Source of the DNA: Chara braunii
Lineage: Eukaryota; Plantae; Charophyceae
Assembly: GCA_003427395.1 (NCBI GenBank)
Contig: BFEA01000032.1
Coordinates: forward strand, 2,233,931-2,297,930
Reading direction: 5' to 3'
DNA length: 64,000 nt
A model generated the notes under the pieces. It was not told the DNA's origin, did not search any database, and saw nothing but the letters and a program-made list of their open reading frames with translations. Of the stretch, positions 23,966 to 36,430 are shown one piece after another. Every line of letters begins with the position of its first letter. The first letter of the stretch is position 1. The translations under genes and the position numbers were made by a program.

Positions 23966-25092
23966 GTAATTGATAACTATTTATGTCTTATTTGAGTATC
24001 AATTCCATTGCTCGTATACAAAGCAGGCCCACGTACCCATTGCATTGTTTTCTACGGCCCCCATACCCGTTGCATTGTTTTCTACGGCCTGGTTTAGGAG
24101 TTCATTGTGAACACGAGAAAGACATGCACGACAGTAATTGTAAGCGACATATGCTTTCATTTTATTGCACGAGGAACACATACGCTGTGTGAACATGATT
24201 GTCTGTGCTAAGGCATAGGGTGTGTGCACATGGTTGTCGGTGCTGCTCGTGCTCGTCTACGAGGGGGCAGTTCTGGAGGGGCCTGTATGGGTCAGTAGCC
24301 TAAGGTGCCTGATAAAGTCAATAGCGCAGTTTGCCTTGTTAAAGTCAATAGCGCAGTTTGCCTTGTTAAAGTCAATAGCCTAAGGTGCTCGTTTACGAGG
24401 GGGCAGTTCTTCCATGTACCTTTCCGCCCAAATTGGGAGAAATTGGGAGAGTTGCCAGCTCCCTTAAAGGTGCAGGAGTCTACTGAGCATCGAAGCAGGG
24501 GCAGGCGCACGGCTTTATGGCGGCCTCTATGGACCATTTCACGTTCTACGGCGTTTATAGGTCAAGGGGCCACGCTAAGGTTGCGTAATCCACTGCGAAG
24601 CCTCCCCATAGCCAAGTCAATAGCAAGATAAGGTGAACACAGACACTGCATGTTTGTTTTCTGGGGGTCAGCGCCAGTCCACGGGTGAGGAAAGAAGCGA
24701 GTGAATGCATGCTGCTGATCTTTTGGTTTTTCAACTGAAACCTCAGTGAACTGAAACCTTATATCAAGTTGTTTTCTTTTGCCTTGTATGTTCTTGACTT
24801 CTTTCTTTGGTGTGAATTTGACCTTCTTTCCTATGCGTTTCTGAGGTCCGGTGAGGGAATGCCATTCCACATTAGGTATCATTCGGATGGTAATGCCAGA
24901 TGGGTGTGACTGAAAATGTAGTGTATGAAGTTTGGCGCTCAAAATGCTCTGATGAATGCCAGCAAGTCCCGGTGTGCGTCCATTGTAAGTCAGACTTCTG
25001 TTTGGTCTGTGCACAGTGGAAAGCTAGCACCTGGATCTTCTCCAGCTCTCCATAGTGAACCTGGGCAAAAACTCCGCGAGCACCATGATAGC

Positions 25093-25265
25093 TTAAACCA
25101 CTAGTACCTCCGCGCATATTTTCGACAAGTACTGGTCTACCTCCGAGCTTTCAGGAGGCCAAGCCCGCCGTTGATAAATTCGATAGGCGGTCGTCGTTTC
25201 GTTTCGGCCTCCTGAAAGATCGGAGGCCGAGTATTTTCGAACCGACAAAGGTACTAGTGGTTTAA
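25093..25265. mobile_element. TTAA-flanked MITE, copy 2
   Basis: ttaa-accactagtacct ... aggtactagtggt-ttaa; perfect 13-bp TIR plus TTAA on both sides. Confidence 0.8.
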
Positions 25266-25647
25266 TATCTGTGAATTGCATGTGCGCCCATCATGTTTAT
25301 GGTAGAAGAGAATTCAGAGGCTCATAACCAACCAAGCGTATCCTGCTGCTAGGGGAATCTCGGCCTGATTACACTGAAACCATGGATTAGTTAAGAATAT
25401 CGTACACCTTCCCTACAGTCAACGTGATGGGAACACAATTGAAAAAATGGAAAACTAGCTTTCCGTTCCGCTGAGGCACATTCGAGCATTCTGCAACTGT
25501 GTGGCCCTAGGCCCTACGGGCCAGGCACTCCCGAGTCCGCCTGGTGGATTGAATGATACCCAGGTGCATCTCAAGAAAAGAGATGCTGAGGTGTATTACC
25601 TCTGATGTCTCCAGATCAAGGCGGGTCAGTGATCCTGGCTTCTCACA

Positions 25648-25835
25648 TTAAACCACCTGTACTTGTGACCCTTCCCTTGCCGAGCCTGGAAATGCCCTGA
25701 ACGTCGAAAAAAGATGAACCGGTGTGTTTTCTTTTTTGCCTGGAACCGTCAGCCGTTCATCTCCGGTAGGTCGTGCTCGAAAAGTCGAAGCGCTTTAACT
25801 GCCGGTTCGACTTAACGTGCTGGTGGTGGTTTTAA
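25648..25835. mobile_element. TTAA-flanked MITE, copy 3 (degenerate)
   Basis: ttaa-accacctgtac ... gctggtggtggtt-ttaa; same size class as copies 1 and 2. Confidence 0.5.
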
Positions 25836-27128
25836 GCCAACCCATAAGGATGCGAGCTCCTAGATGAGCTGACGTTCCTATGCGCTGGCAGCTAGTTGTG
25901 GGTTCTGAGAATGCTTTTTGTCTAAGTAACAATACTTCTGAGCAAGCTCCGAGTGTAGCTAGTCATGCAAGCTCGTAGATAATCATGGGTTGGAGACGTC
26001 TCCTTCTCTGAAGGAAGTCTCCGCATCGGAGCAGGGATCCTGATATCGATATCCCCCATGAAACAAGGGGTTGCATATTCCCCCGGCTCTGGGACATGCT
26101 CCTGCTGTGTCTCATTTTTGAAGCCACCCGCTCAGACATAAGCCCCCAGTCAATCACCCCACACGGAGTGTCATATCAGAAAAGATCTGCTCGGATCAGA
26201 GACGAGCTCCCAGGCACAAACCTTGGAAAGATGGAATGATTTCGCTCTAAGGTGTTGGGACTTCTTCGGGTCTGTTTGTCGAAATGAGCTGTTTGTATGT
26301 ATGTATCGCGCTTGGCGGGGTGTGCCTGACCATGAGGTGCATCGAACGCTGTTGCTTTCGTGAGATATTGCAGTGCCAAGCCTTGGGGTATAACTTGGTG
26401 AGGGAATAGACCGAAGTATGTCAGACATGGTACATCCTACCCACGACGGGGCGGTTGTGAGGCGAAGGTACATAGAATGCCCTCGTTCGATGTAACTAAA
26501 ACGTCTGTGCTTAGGAATGTGCCACTGGGGCAGAGTTACACAACGAGCCAAGTCCTCCTCCCCATCGTACACCGTCAGTAGATTACGCTCAGATACAAGC
26601 TCTCCGGTCGGCCGACCTCATCCATGCGATTGCAGACGTATTTGGATGGGAGGACGAATTTGTAGCTTGTTGCATGTGGGAATCCAAAATTGTGTCATCG
26701 ATGTGAATTTTGAATCAATCATTGTCACTTGGTCCTATTCGTGTGCCTGTCAGCATGTCAAACTGGTTGGGTCTGTGGGTGGGTGGGTGGGTGATGCGGA
26801 ATACGTTCGTGTTTGTGCATCATCTTGGTCCTGTTCATGTGCCCGTCTGCATGTCAAAATGCATTTCGACGGTGGCGGGTATGCTTTTCTTTTCTTTTCG
26901 ATGTTTTACTCGGAATCAGGCAAGGAATGAACGCCATTAAGATATCGTTTTCCGCTGATGCATGTTGTGTTTCAGTGGTGGATATCGTTTTCCGCAGATG
27001 CACATTTGTGTTTCAGTGGTGGTTTCGCTTCGATTGTTTAGTTGAGAGGCAAATTCTTTTCAGTGATCTAGCAGAAGTCGGTCATTAGCACTTTGCATAT
27101 CAACGCTGGCTATATATATATATATATA

Positions 27129-27870
27129 TGAACCGACAGTCTGTGGTTTCCATCTGGTGTGGGTGAGTGATAGTCTACTTTGATTTTGGTTAAGGTAGAT
27201 TATCATTTACAGTGTAATCAGTGAGGGGATTCTGCAGACTGTTGAGGGTTCAGCCTCCTGACGATATATAGTCATAGTCATAGAGAGCTGCCTGGTGAAG
27301 CGTAGGCAAAGAGGGAGAAGAGGACNNNNNNNNNNNNNNNCTCTTTCCTTTAGTTGTTTTGATTTTTTTCGCCTTCGCGCTCTGATTCACAGTGTGACAA
27401 TATATATGACAATATATACCCCCGTTTGTTTGTTGTCGTCTTTTTCTACCTCCCTCTCTGCCAACGGTTTACTGGGCAGCTCTGTTTGAACGATATATAC
27501 ATATATGTGCCTCTAGTGCCAGCGGCGTGTCTGGAGTGTATTTTTTGGCTGTGACAGACCTTTCTTTGTTTCGTGGGTGTTTTGCTGGCTTGTGATGGGG
27601 TGTGAACCGACAGTCCGTAGAGTTTTCCATCTGGTGTGGACGAGTGATAGTCTACTTTGATTTTGGTTAAGGTGGATTATCACTTAGTGTAATCAGTGAG
27701 GGGATTCTACAGACTGTGGAGGGTTCAGCCTCCTGATGAGTCGGTGAAACTCCGAAGAAACGGTTTGTCACAGCCCCTCGTTTGTTGTCCTCTTCTCTCT
27801 CTCTGCCTACGGCTTACCGGGCAGTTCTATTTGACGATATATATATATTTGAAGATATATATATATATTT
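27129..27870 (+). repeat. Diverged tandem duplication, ~470-bp period, spanning a small N gap
   Basis: tgaaccgacagtc..gtgatagtctactttgattttggttaaggt..gggttcagcctcctga at ~27129 and ~27603. Confidence 0.75.
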
Positions 27871-28205
27871 GTGCATTCCATTTATTAAACCAGCTCCCAA
27901 TGCATTGAAGTGAGCAGCATTGTGCCCACGTCTGGCTCTGATGTGAGCAGGCATGCTTGAGCGTAGGCAGCCGCCAGCTTTAGACTTTGGTGATTTTTCT
28001 TTGCACCCGGTGTTGTGGATGAAAATTTCTGAAAAAAGCTTGAGGGACGTAGATCGAGTGCTGACCTTTCCAAGAGAAAAATATTGAAAAAAAAAATGAA
28101 AAATAGTAAGAAGTATCTGCAGGGTGAAGAAATTCTGGTGGCAAAGTAATCCATTGTGACACAGTGGAGCATTGCCGGGCTTCCGTTTGTTGTCTGTGTG
28201 TGCAG

Positions 28206-28268
28206 GATAACTTTGTGGTTCATTATGACACGGTGGAGCAAAAACCCCAGCTTCCTCAGCAGCGCTGA
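28206..28268 (+). CDS. NOT2: NOT2 terminal coding exon (DNFVVHYDTVEQKPQLPQQR*)
   Basis: tgcAG acceptor, phase 0; matches the plant NOT2 C-terminus (K)DNFV.HY...E..P.LPQ; TGA at 28266-68. Confidence 0.9.
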   Translation, partial: DNFVVHYDTVEQKPQLPQQR

Positions 28269-30101
28269 ACTGGTGGCAATACAAATCCATGGTCTAACAT
28301 AGTCGTTGGAGGCAGCAAGTGGGAGACCGTCGAAAAGAGTAAGAGTATGGCCTAGTCGAAATATATCGCGGAACATGTTCTTGCGGAAGGTAAGGGGCAG
28401 TGGGAGTGTTGGAAAAAGTGTGGGGGGGGGGGAGGCAGGGGGTTAGTTGAATCAGTTGGTGTTTGATGTTGGGGCGATGACTGTCTTTTATTTGTCAGAG
28501 CAAGTGTGTTAGACAGGCAGGTTGCTATTGTTCAGTCTGTGGCAAGGAACTATATGCTGTCAAGGTGGGTGCCCCCTGCCTGCAGCTCCCTGTGCAGGGA
28601 GGAAGGTGGGTGGGAGAGGTTTCTGCGATGAGAAAGCATACTCTTTTCTTGTCATCAGGGTGGATGGATGTCAATATGATTGGGATCGCCATCTGCCGAT
28701 CCTGTCATTCGTATCACGCTTACTCCTTATGGGGGGAGGGGTTCCTGTTTCTGACACATGTGGAGCTGAGGGGGTGGTGTCGGGAAAGTGCTGCAGTGCG
28801 CATGCTTGATGCCATGTCTTCTTTGGGGTTTGTATCGTTGTGTTCGCCTGGACATGGTTGCTTTGTGGACGGGCAGATTTGGATCCTCCTTGCGTCATCC
28901 GAAGCCAGGTGGCGGGTTACTGAAGGCGGAGCAGAAATGGGGTCTCTCGTGGGCGGATGGGATCTAGCACTGAGGAGTGGCAGCCCGTGGTTATAGAGTC
29001 GAAATACACTGTTGCGTAGTTGCAGATCTATGCCGTGTCTGGAATCTTCGTTTGTTATTTTGGGGTCTATCTTTGACCCATGGAGAAGATTGGATGCGGT
29101 GGCGCCGGTTGTAACTATATTTGTTGAGGTCCCTCGTGGAATAAATCGTGTAGGTGACTTCTTGGGTCTTTTTCGCCTTGTCCAGTGTGAGCTATGTGCC
29201 GATCATTCTTTTTCTTTTGCCTCCGATTTCTACTCTCCTCTCTCTTTCCCTACCTCCGTCCTCCCTGTTTTTGATTTGTACACTTTAAATTGTTGAGCTA
29301 CGGATCTTGTGCCCGAAAAGATGCGACCAAAGCTGTGGAAGAAAGCCAGGGAAGCCGCCGTGGGATTGCTATAATTGTTAGGCAGTGTTTCCCTGATGAA
29401 GAAGCTGTGCAGTTTTTGCAATTGTTTGGGTGCTCAATTTTCCCCCTCTCCAAGTGAATGCCTGCCCCCCTTCTCGCTCTGCCCTGCGATCCTCTTTCAG
29501 ATTTCTGTCATGATCTCTCTTTGCTCTGTTGGCGTGGCCTAAGGCATGCCTTCTTCTTTCTTTGTGGATATTGTGGAGGATCAGATGGACCGATCCTCCT
29601 CTCAGTCGGTGTTGTTTTGAAGACATACTACACGTATTCCGGTCAAGCATGCATGACCTGGACGGGGGGAAGCCTAGGGGATGGCCTGCCTGCCAAGTAT
29701 AGTCATTCACTATAGCTCTTTGTAACGCCAATGGTGATGATTCCTTTGAAGGATGATGATGATGATGATTAGTATATATATATATATACACACATGTATG
29801 TTTCCTCTCTTTCCATGTGCCTTTTTCTATGACAAGCACCTGGATTTAGTGTTGTGCTTTTTTATGTGATCAGCACCTGGTCAAGGAGTTCTTTCTGGCT
29901 GTCAAGAATAGCGGACTTGACGTTTCCTGAGTTTCAGAGGTTCCCACAGGAGGGGTCCACCTTTTGCTGAGTTCACCACCGAGTGTTCATCGAGTGTTCA
30001 GAGGAGTGTTCAGGTTTCAATACATGCTGGATTTGTTCCGCAGGCGTGATCTTCGCCTATCGATTTAGCATATGGGCTAAGTCTTGTTCATTCAGTAAGT
30101 T

Positions 30102-30380
30102 GGTGACAAGTTTGTTTGAAGTCCCGAGCGGTCCATGTTGGATGAATGGACAGTGCATTATAGATCAATTCTCGCTTCTGAAACATGGATGCTAACCCGG
30201 GGGTGCTTCTTGGAAGATGGTTGGCTTGCTTGTGTGTTGGTGACAAGTTTGTTTGAAGTAGTGAGCGGTCCATGTTGGATGAATGGACACAACATGGACA
30301 GTGCCGTATCTATCATTTCTCGCTTCTGAAACATGGATGCTAACCCGGGGGTGCTTCTCGGAAGATGGTTGGCTCGCTTT
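30102..30380 (+). repeat. Diverged ~138-bp tandem duplication
   Basis: gtgacaagtttgtttgaagt..ttctcgcttctgaaacatggatgctaacccggggg occurs twice with differences. Confidence 0.8.
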
Positions 30381-30455
30381 TTGTGTGCTTTTGAATGACT
30401 TCTGCAGCTGGTCTCTCGAAATGTGCCCAGTTGAAAGAACTCCGCTGTGTAAAGA

Positions 30456-30493
30456 CTGTCTCTTATACACATCTAGATGTGTATAAGAGACAG
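30456..30493. other. Nextera mate-pair junction adapter (assembly artefact)
   Basis: Exact CTGTCTCTTATACACATCT-AGATGTGTATAAGAGACAG, flanked by an identical 95-bp duplication (30361-30455 = 30494-30588). Confidence 0.98.
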
Positions 30494-31669
30494 GAAGATG
30501 GTTGGCTCGCTTTTTGTGTGCTTTTGAATGACTTCTGCAGCTGGTCTCTCGAAATGTGCCCAGTTGAAAGAACTCCGCTGTGTAAAGAAGAAGAAGAAAA
30601 TTTACAAAATGTTGGGGTGCTGCGTCAAAGATGGTTGTGGGATTTTGTGCAGTTGATGGGGGGTTGATGTGGTTGTGGCTCCAATCTCCAGGGGGGTCTT
30701 TCTTTTCCTCTTTTTTCTCGTGGTTTGATTATGATGGAGGTGCAGGACTTTTCGTAATTGTTGGACTTTTGGCAATGGTCATCATGAGTGAACAGGTATG
30801 ATGAAACACCTCATGAACCATCAGAGGGTTAGAAGTCCACGTTCGCAGCAAGCGAGTTGTGCTAGTGGCGAACGCAAACTGCTGTTGTAGGTTGTGGCTG
30901 CATGGCACCGATTCTTATAGTGCCGTCTTTTCGCAACCTTCTCCTTCTGTTTCCTGTGATGCGTAACGAAGTGGTGGAGGGGGTATGGTGGTTGTGCTTG
31001 TGAAAAAAATGCTGTGTGATAATGAGAAGATGATTGGAGATATTGTCATGGGGAAGTATGATGCTGATGGTTCAGGTGGTCGTTTACGGGAGTAGAGGGA
31101 ACTTTCTAAACCTGGGCACATCGCATGCCAGGCTACACAACTGCAATTTATGCAGCCTCTGGACAAGTCGGCAAATAGACTGTCACAGCCCCCCATTTTT
31201 TTCTGGCTGAGGTTCGCTGGGGGGAGTTGTCGGAGCGTATTTAGATTTTTTCCATTGTTCCACATTCGTCGTTACAAGTGTAGCAGTGTTAGTTATGTGG
31301 TACTCTCATGGTTATAGACAACAGTTATACATCGCAAAATCAGAGTTATGTGAGGGTTTTTTTTCTCGCGTATGAAAGGTTTTTGACAGCTTGTGTGTTC
31401 ACACCTTCACACCTAACCGTCAATTCAAGGCGTGTGTGCAATAATGCCCGGATAAACTCTCCTGGTCAGAATTGTTGTTCTCAATGCGGTCGTGCTCTTT
31501 TGAGACTGATGGTATTGCCAGTTTCAGGTGCAGATGCAGACACTGTTGCCCCGGGGCATGAAAATGTTTCTTTGCGGTTTTCTGCTTCTCCCTTCCCGCT
31601 CCTCCGTAAATGGAATCGGTTGAACTCCTTCCTGTCGATGCATGCTCGTTGTGATCGTCGTTAACGTTT

Positions 31670-32130
31670 TCATTTGTGAAGTAACGGAATTCTCAAAGAA
31701 TTATCGTTTGTGAAGTATTGGAATTCTCAAAGAATAGCTGGGCATGCTGATGCTGCCAGATTCTCCGGGTTAATTGTGAGGTGCCCGGCCTCTGGTTTTC
31801 TTTGGCAATAAAAGAATGGTACGTTTTTTTATTTTTTTTTGTAAAAAATAAAAATAAAAAATAAAAAAAATAAAGATATAGGTGTTGCACAGTGGATAAG
31901 GTGCCCATGACCAGTTGGATGCAAAGTGTTGATGATATCTGATCCGCTGCTTCCACCGAACATTGTTTTCAGAATTCTCGTTTGTGAAGCATTATTGGAA
32001 TTCTCAAAGAATAGTTGGGCATGCTGACCGCGATAGGTGCGGCACAGTGGATAAGGTGCTCATGACCAGTTGGGTGCAAAGTGTTGATGATGATGTCCGA
32101 TCAGCCGCTTCCGCTGATCATTGTTTTCTT
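31670..32130 (+). repeat. Diverged direct duplication with an A/T-rich insert in the first copy
   Basis: ttggaattctcaaagaatag.tgggcatgctga and gcacagtggataaggtgc.catgaccagttgg each occur twice. Confidence 0.7.
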
Positions 32131-32411
32131 GGACTCAGTACGTTTTCATGTTTAGTCCACCGTTGCTTCCAAACCTGTTGTGTGGGACCTGTTGGTTACC
32201 CCGGCTTCAGGGAGTCGTATTCAAAAGTTTGGGGCTTTGGGGAGCGCAACCCAAAAGTTTTGGGCTTTTGGGCCTACAAGGTCAAATAATAGTGTCGCTG
32301 GCAGGATTTCTTTTTGTTTCGTTAACCAAGCTATATTATTCTCTCAACTCACCTTTTGCTACCTACCTACCACTACTCCTAAAAGACGATACAGAGGTAT
32401 AGGCTTAGGGG

Positions 32412-32708
32412 CTAGGCTACCAGCCGGGCCGCCCGGGTCACCCTATTTTCCTGGGCGGTCCGGCCGTGCAAGAAGGACCAGAGTAGGTCCCGGCCAAAAA
32501 AAAAAAAATCCAAAAAATCCGAAAAAAAAGACTATGTTATGCAGAAAAATAAATTGAACAACTTTTGCCTCAGGGTCACATCGAAATTCTGTACCAAATT
32601 TAAAATGAAAATTTTAATTAAATTTTAAAACTTTGTTTTATTTTTTTATTTTTTTATTCCTTTTTGGCCCGTCCGGGCAACTGGACCCGGGCCACTCTGG
32701 TAGCCTAG
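32412..32708. mobile_element. MITE with CTAGGCTACCAG TIR and 8-bp TSD
   Basis: Perfect 12-bp TIR ctaggctaccag / ctggtagcctag; TSD cttagggg (32404-11, 32709-16); CCGG-rich subterminal motifs. Confidence 0.8.
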
Positions 32709-33354
32709 CTTAGGGGGAGATTTTCCTTGCACCCCAATTCTTTTTCTCTTTGATTTATCCCATCCTTTCATTACCAACAGTCTGGCATTGAGTTGATGTC
32801 CCTGATTTTATTTGGAGTTATTTGCCGCCATGGAATAAGCGCGAATAATCAGTGAAGTTGATGTACTCAGATTTTCACGTTCAATGCCCCCAGCGGCAGG
32901 TTGACCTTCTGTTCCACTGACCGATGTCTATACTGGATAAAAACTTGGTTGCAGTCGGGAGCAGGGGGTCGGTCTTTTATAACTCTCAGTTTAGCTGAGC
33001 CTTCTTTGCCTAATTGGGATTTACACTTCGCCATGGCCTTCGCGGCGTGAATGGTTGTGCCAATGTGGGGGCCCTCGGATTTGTGGTTGTTGTTTTTGTC
33101 TATGTTTCTAATATCACTGATACAATGGGTATCTACCTTTTAACCCAATATAACGCCCAGTCATTATCGCTGTGTGTGGCCGGCAAGTTGCCCCAAATCG
33201 GGGGCCCCCATTATCGCTGTGGGGGGGGCCAATGTGGGGGCGCGGGCGTTCGGGGAGCTCCAAGGTAACTGTCTCTAAGGTACTGTCTATCCCTTGTCGC
33301 AGTCCATTTTCCTCGGATCGTGTAGTAGTGTACATTTCCATGTTCTAGTGGAAG

Positions 33355-33355
<1 letters not shown>

Positions 33356-33424
<69 letters not shown>

Positions 33425-33639
33425 NNNNNNNNNNNNNNNNNNNNNNNNNNNNNNNNNNNNNNNNNNNNNNNNNNNNNNNNNNNNNNNNNNNNNNNNNNNN
33501 NNNNNNNNNNNNNNNNNNNNNNNNNNNNNNNNNNNNNNNNNNNNNNNNNNNNNNNNNNNNNNNNNNNNNNNNNNNNNNNNNNNNNNNNNNNNNNNNNNNN
33601 NNNNNNNNNNNNNNNNNNNNNNNNNNNNNNNNNNNNNNN

Positions 33640-33716
<77 letters not shown>
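33356..33716. repeat. (CT)n microsatellite spanning an N gap
   Basis: Direct inspection. Confidence 0.9.
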
Positions 33717-33719
<3 letters not shown>

Positions 33720-35539
33720 CGCGCGCGCACGCGCTCTGTTGTTGGTGCCGCAGGGTCACATGCCAATGCCCCGCCTGTCGATGCATCGCCGAGGCGCGCC
33801 AAGGACTTGTTGTGATAAAATTTGAAAGACTGATTTATAACAACAGGCAATGGAAGCAACTGCCCGTGGTGACATGTCGATTGTAATGGGATAGCAAAGT
33901 ACAGAAACAATGATGAAAATGAAATAGACAACCAGCAGAAATTATGCAATGAGACACCTGGGGGGGGTGGTTCTCATTTTTACAGAAAGCATGAGGGCTT
34001 TCATGACCAATTGTGAGTAGGGTTTAAAACTATCACTCCATTTCGTTAAAGTTGGTGGTGGAGGATGGGGTCCATGAGTGTTGAGACAGACCCATTATTG
34101 TTGTGGTGGGGGACTACGTGCAAGAAGCAAAGGTTGAGACTGACTAGTTGGCTTGTGTCTGGTCCTTGATATGCCACCTGGCAATTCGGGAGATAGAAAA
34201 ATACACTATCGAAAAATATTTTGTAGCAAAGGTGCTTGGGATACAGAGGAAGGGCATAGGACAACGGCCTATGAGAGCGAGTCGGAGCAGGTAATGAATG
34301 AGAGCAGAGAATATTTTTTAAACACAAGGAGTGATATGAGAGAGAGAGGAGAGCTCAAGCGGACATCATCATGGTGATATATAACACACTTGGGAAGTAA
34401 AGGTGTCCTCATTCTCATAGGCTTCAAGGTATTGTTCTCTTGTAATGCCAGCGTTCGGGATGGGCTGAACGTCGGAACTGGAACACCCGAACGTTAGGGG
34501 GTCAGCTTAGGGGCTGAACGCCGGAACTGGAACACCGGAACGCCGGAACCGGAACCGGGGGTCAGCTTAGGGGCCTCCATATGCTCGGCCTGACAACCCC
34601 GCACATTAACTAGTTGTAAAAATCAGTCGGAATTTCATCAAATAGAAAACGAATTCACCCAGCGATATCAAGTAAGTTGCGAGTAATTACACCGGTCCTC
34701 CTAACGCCAAAAAACCTCAGGGGTACTGGTAGCGCCGTTTCACGACGGATACCGGTAGTACAGTGTGGAAAACTGGGCGGGCCTAAAAATGAAAGTTTGA
34801 ATTTTGCTGCGTACATTTTGGCTCCCCTGACAGACTGTCCGAGCCTGAATGGCTAAAAAAAAAAATAAAAAAAAATGGAGTTGTCCGGGCCCGGAATTCT
34901 GGGATCTCCCCGAATGTCCGCCCAGGACGTCCTGGTAACAAAGTTTTTTTTTTTTTTTTTTTTTTTTTGATATTTTTCCCTGAAAGATCATGACCTAATC
35001 TATGGACCCTCAAATTTTCATACATTTTGGTGTGTTGTTCTGAGCACAAAAAATTGGGAAAGTTGCCGTTTGCAAAATGGTGGGATGTGACGCGTCAGCC
35101 CCTCCTCCGTACAACCCAGCGCCTCTGTACGGTCGCCGCCCCTCTGTACAACCCGGCCCTAACTCACAGGGATTAGGGGTTTTCGGCGGTGGGGAGACTG
35201 GTCGTTTAACACATAATCATATGTCACTATAAAGTGAGAATAATAAGGAGGGACTGTGGACCTAATATGCCTAGGAGCACATTGCATCTTACATACAAAT
35301 GAAAAATATAGGAGCACATCGTGGAACCAGTGACCCAACCGGATCTTTGGATCATCGAATGGGGCAGAGGGGTTGTGATACCTTTATTTATAGTGATAAC
35401 CTAGCGATAGGCGAGGAATGCTAAGCTGGTTGTGTACACGGAATGGGGTGAGACTAATTAATTGTTTGTTGCTTTGACATCTATCAATTTCATACTTTTT
35501 ACAAATACATTAAATTGTGTGCGAGAAGCAAAAAGGTCT

Positions 35540-36430
35540 GACCAGAGCGAGCCAACGTAAAGCATCTGATGTAGGGAAGATGATGTCGAAAGGGAAGTCT
35601 CCGGGGGTAGATGGCCTCACAGTGGAAATTCACACAGCCAATTGGGCCACCTTCTGTTCCTCACTAGTGAACCTATACAACGAGGTCCTGGTAAGGGGAT
35701 AGTTGGGCAAAGGTATGACGCATGAAGTAATATTAGTCCTCTTCAAGAAGGGAGACAAAGTGGACATCCAGAATTGGAGACCGATCTCCCTTCTCAATGT
35801 GTCATACAAAATGCTAGCAAAGACGCTAGCATGCAGACAGGCAAGGCATCCACAGGAGTTGATGGAAAGAGACCAGGGCGCATTCGTGCAAGGAAGATCA
35901 ATCTTCAATAATATTGTTACAGCCATTATCTCGAAGTCGTGCCGAAGTAAAACTTGGACATGGCGATTCTACTCCTGGATCTGGAGAAGGTGTACAATAA
36001 AGTGGGTTGGACCTTTGTCATGACCACCCTGAGGAGAATGAGATTCAGTGAAGGCTTTTGTGCATGGACTGTTGTTATGTATGCACATTCCACATCAGCA
36101 GGGATGGTCAATGGTCACCTATCGGAACCTTTCCCGCAAGGTCGCTGCAACAGGGATGTCTGCTAGCACCTCTTGTCATTGTGCTTCAACTGAAGGTGCT
36201 GTTGAACATAATTCATAGTCACCCGAACATCAGGGGGCTGCACCAACACACTGGAGACACTTGCAAGGTAGAGGCCTGACCTGTTTGCCCTAAGTGAAAA
36301 CACAGAGTCATCGCTGTCACCACTGAAGAAGGTCATGACATAGTACTCCCAGCTGTCCGAAGTGTCAGTTAATTGGAGGAAATCAGTGTACCTACTTTCA
36401 ACACAATTTGTATTGAGGGCAAAATGGGGA
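35540..36430 (+). mobile_element. LINE (L1/Tx1-type) reverse transcriptase fragment, degenerate
   Basis: GKSPGVDG, LFKKGD..NWRPISLLNVSYK, QGAFVQGRSI, LLDLEK.Y.KV.W and QGCLLAP motifs across frameshifts. Confidence 0.9.

Noticed and set aside
30456-30493. Perfect 38-bp palindrome resembling Tn5 ends or horizontal transfer
   Set aside because: Exact Nextera junction adapter; technical artefact.
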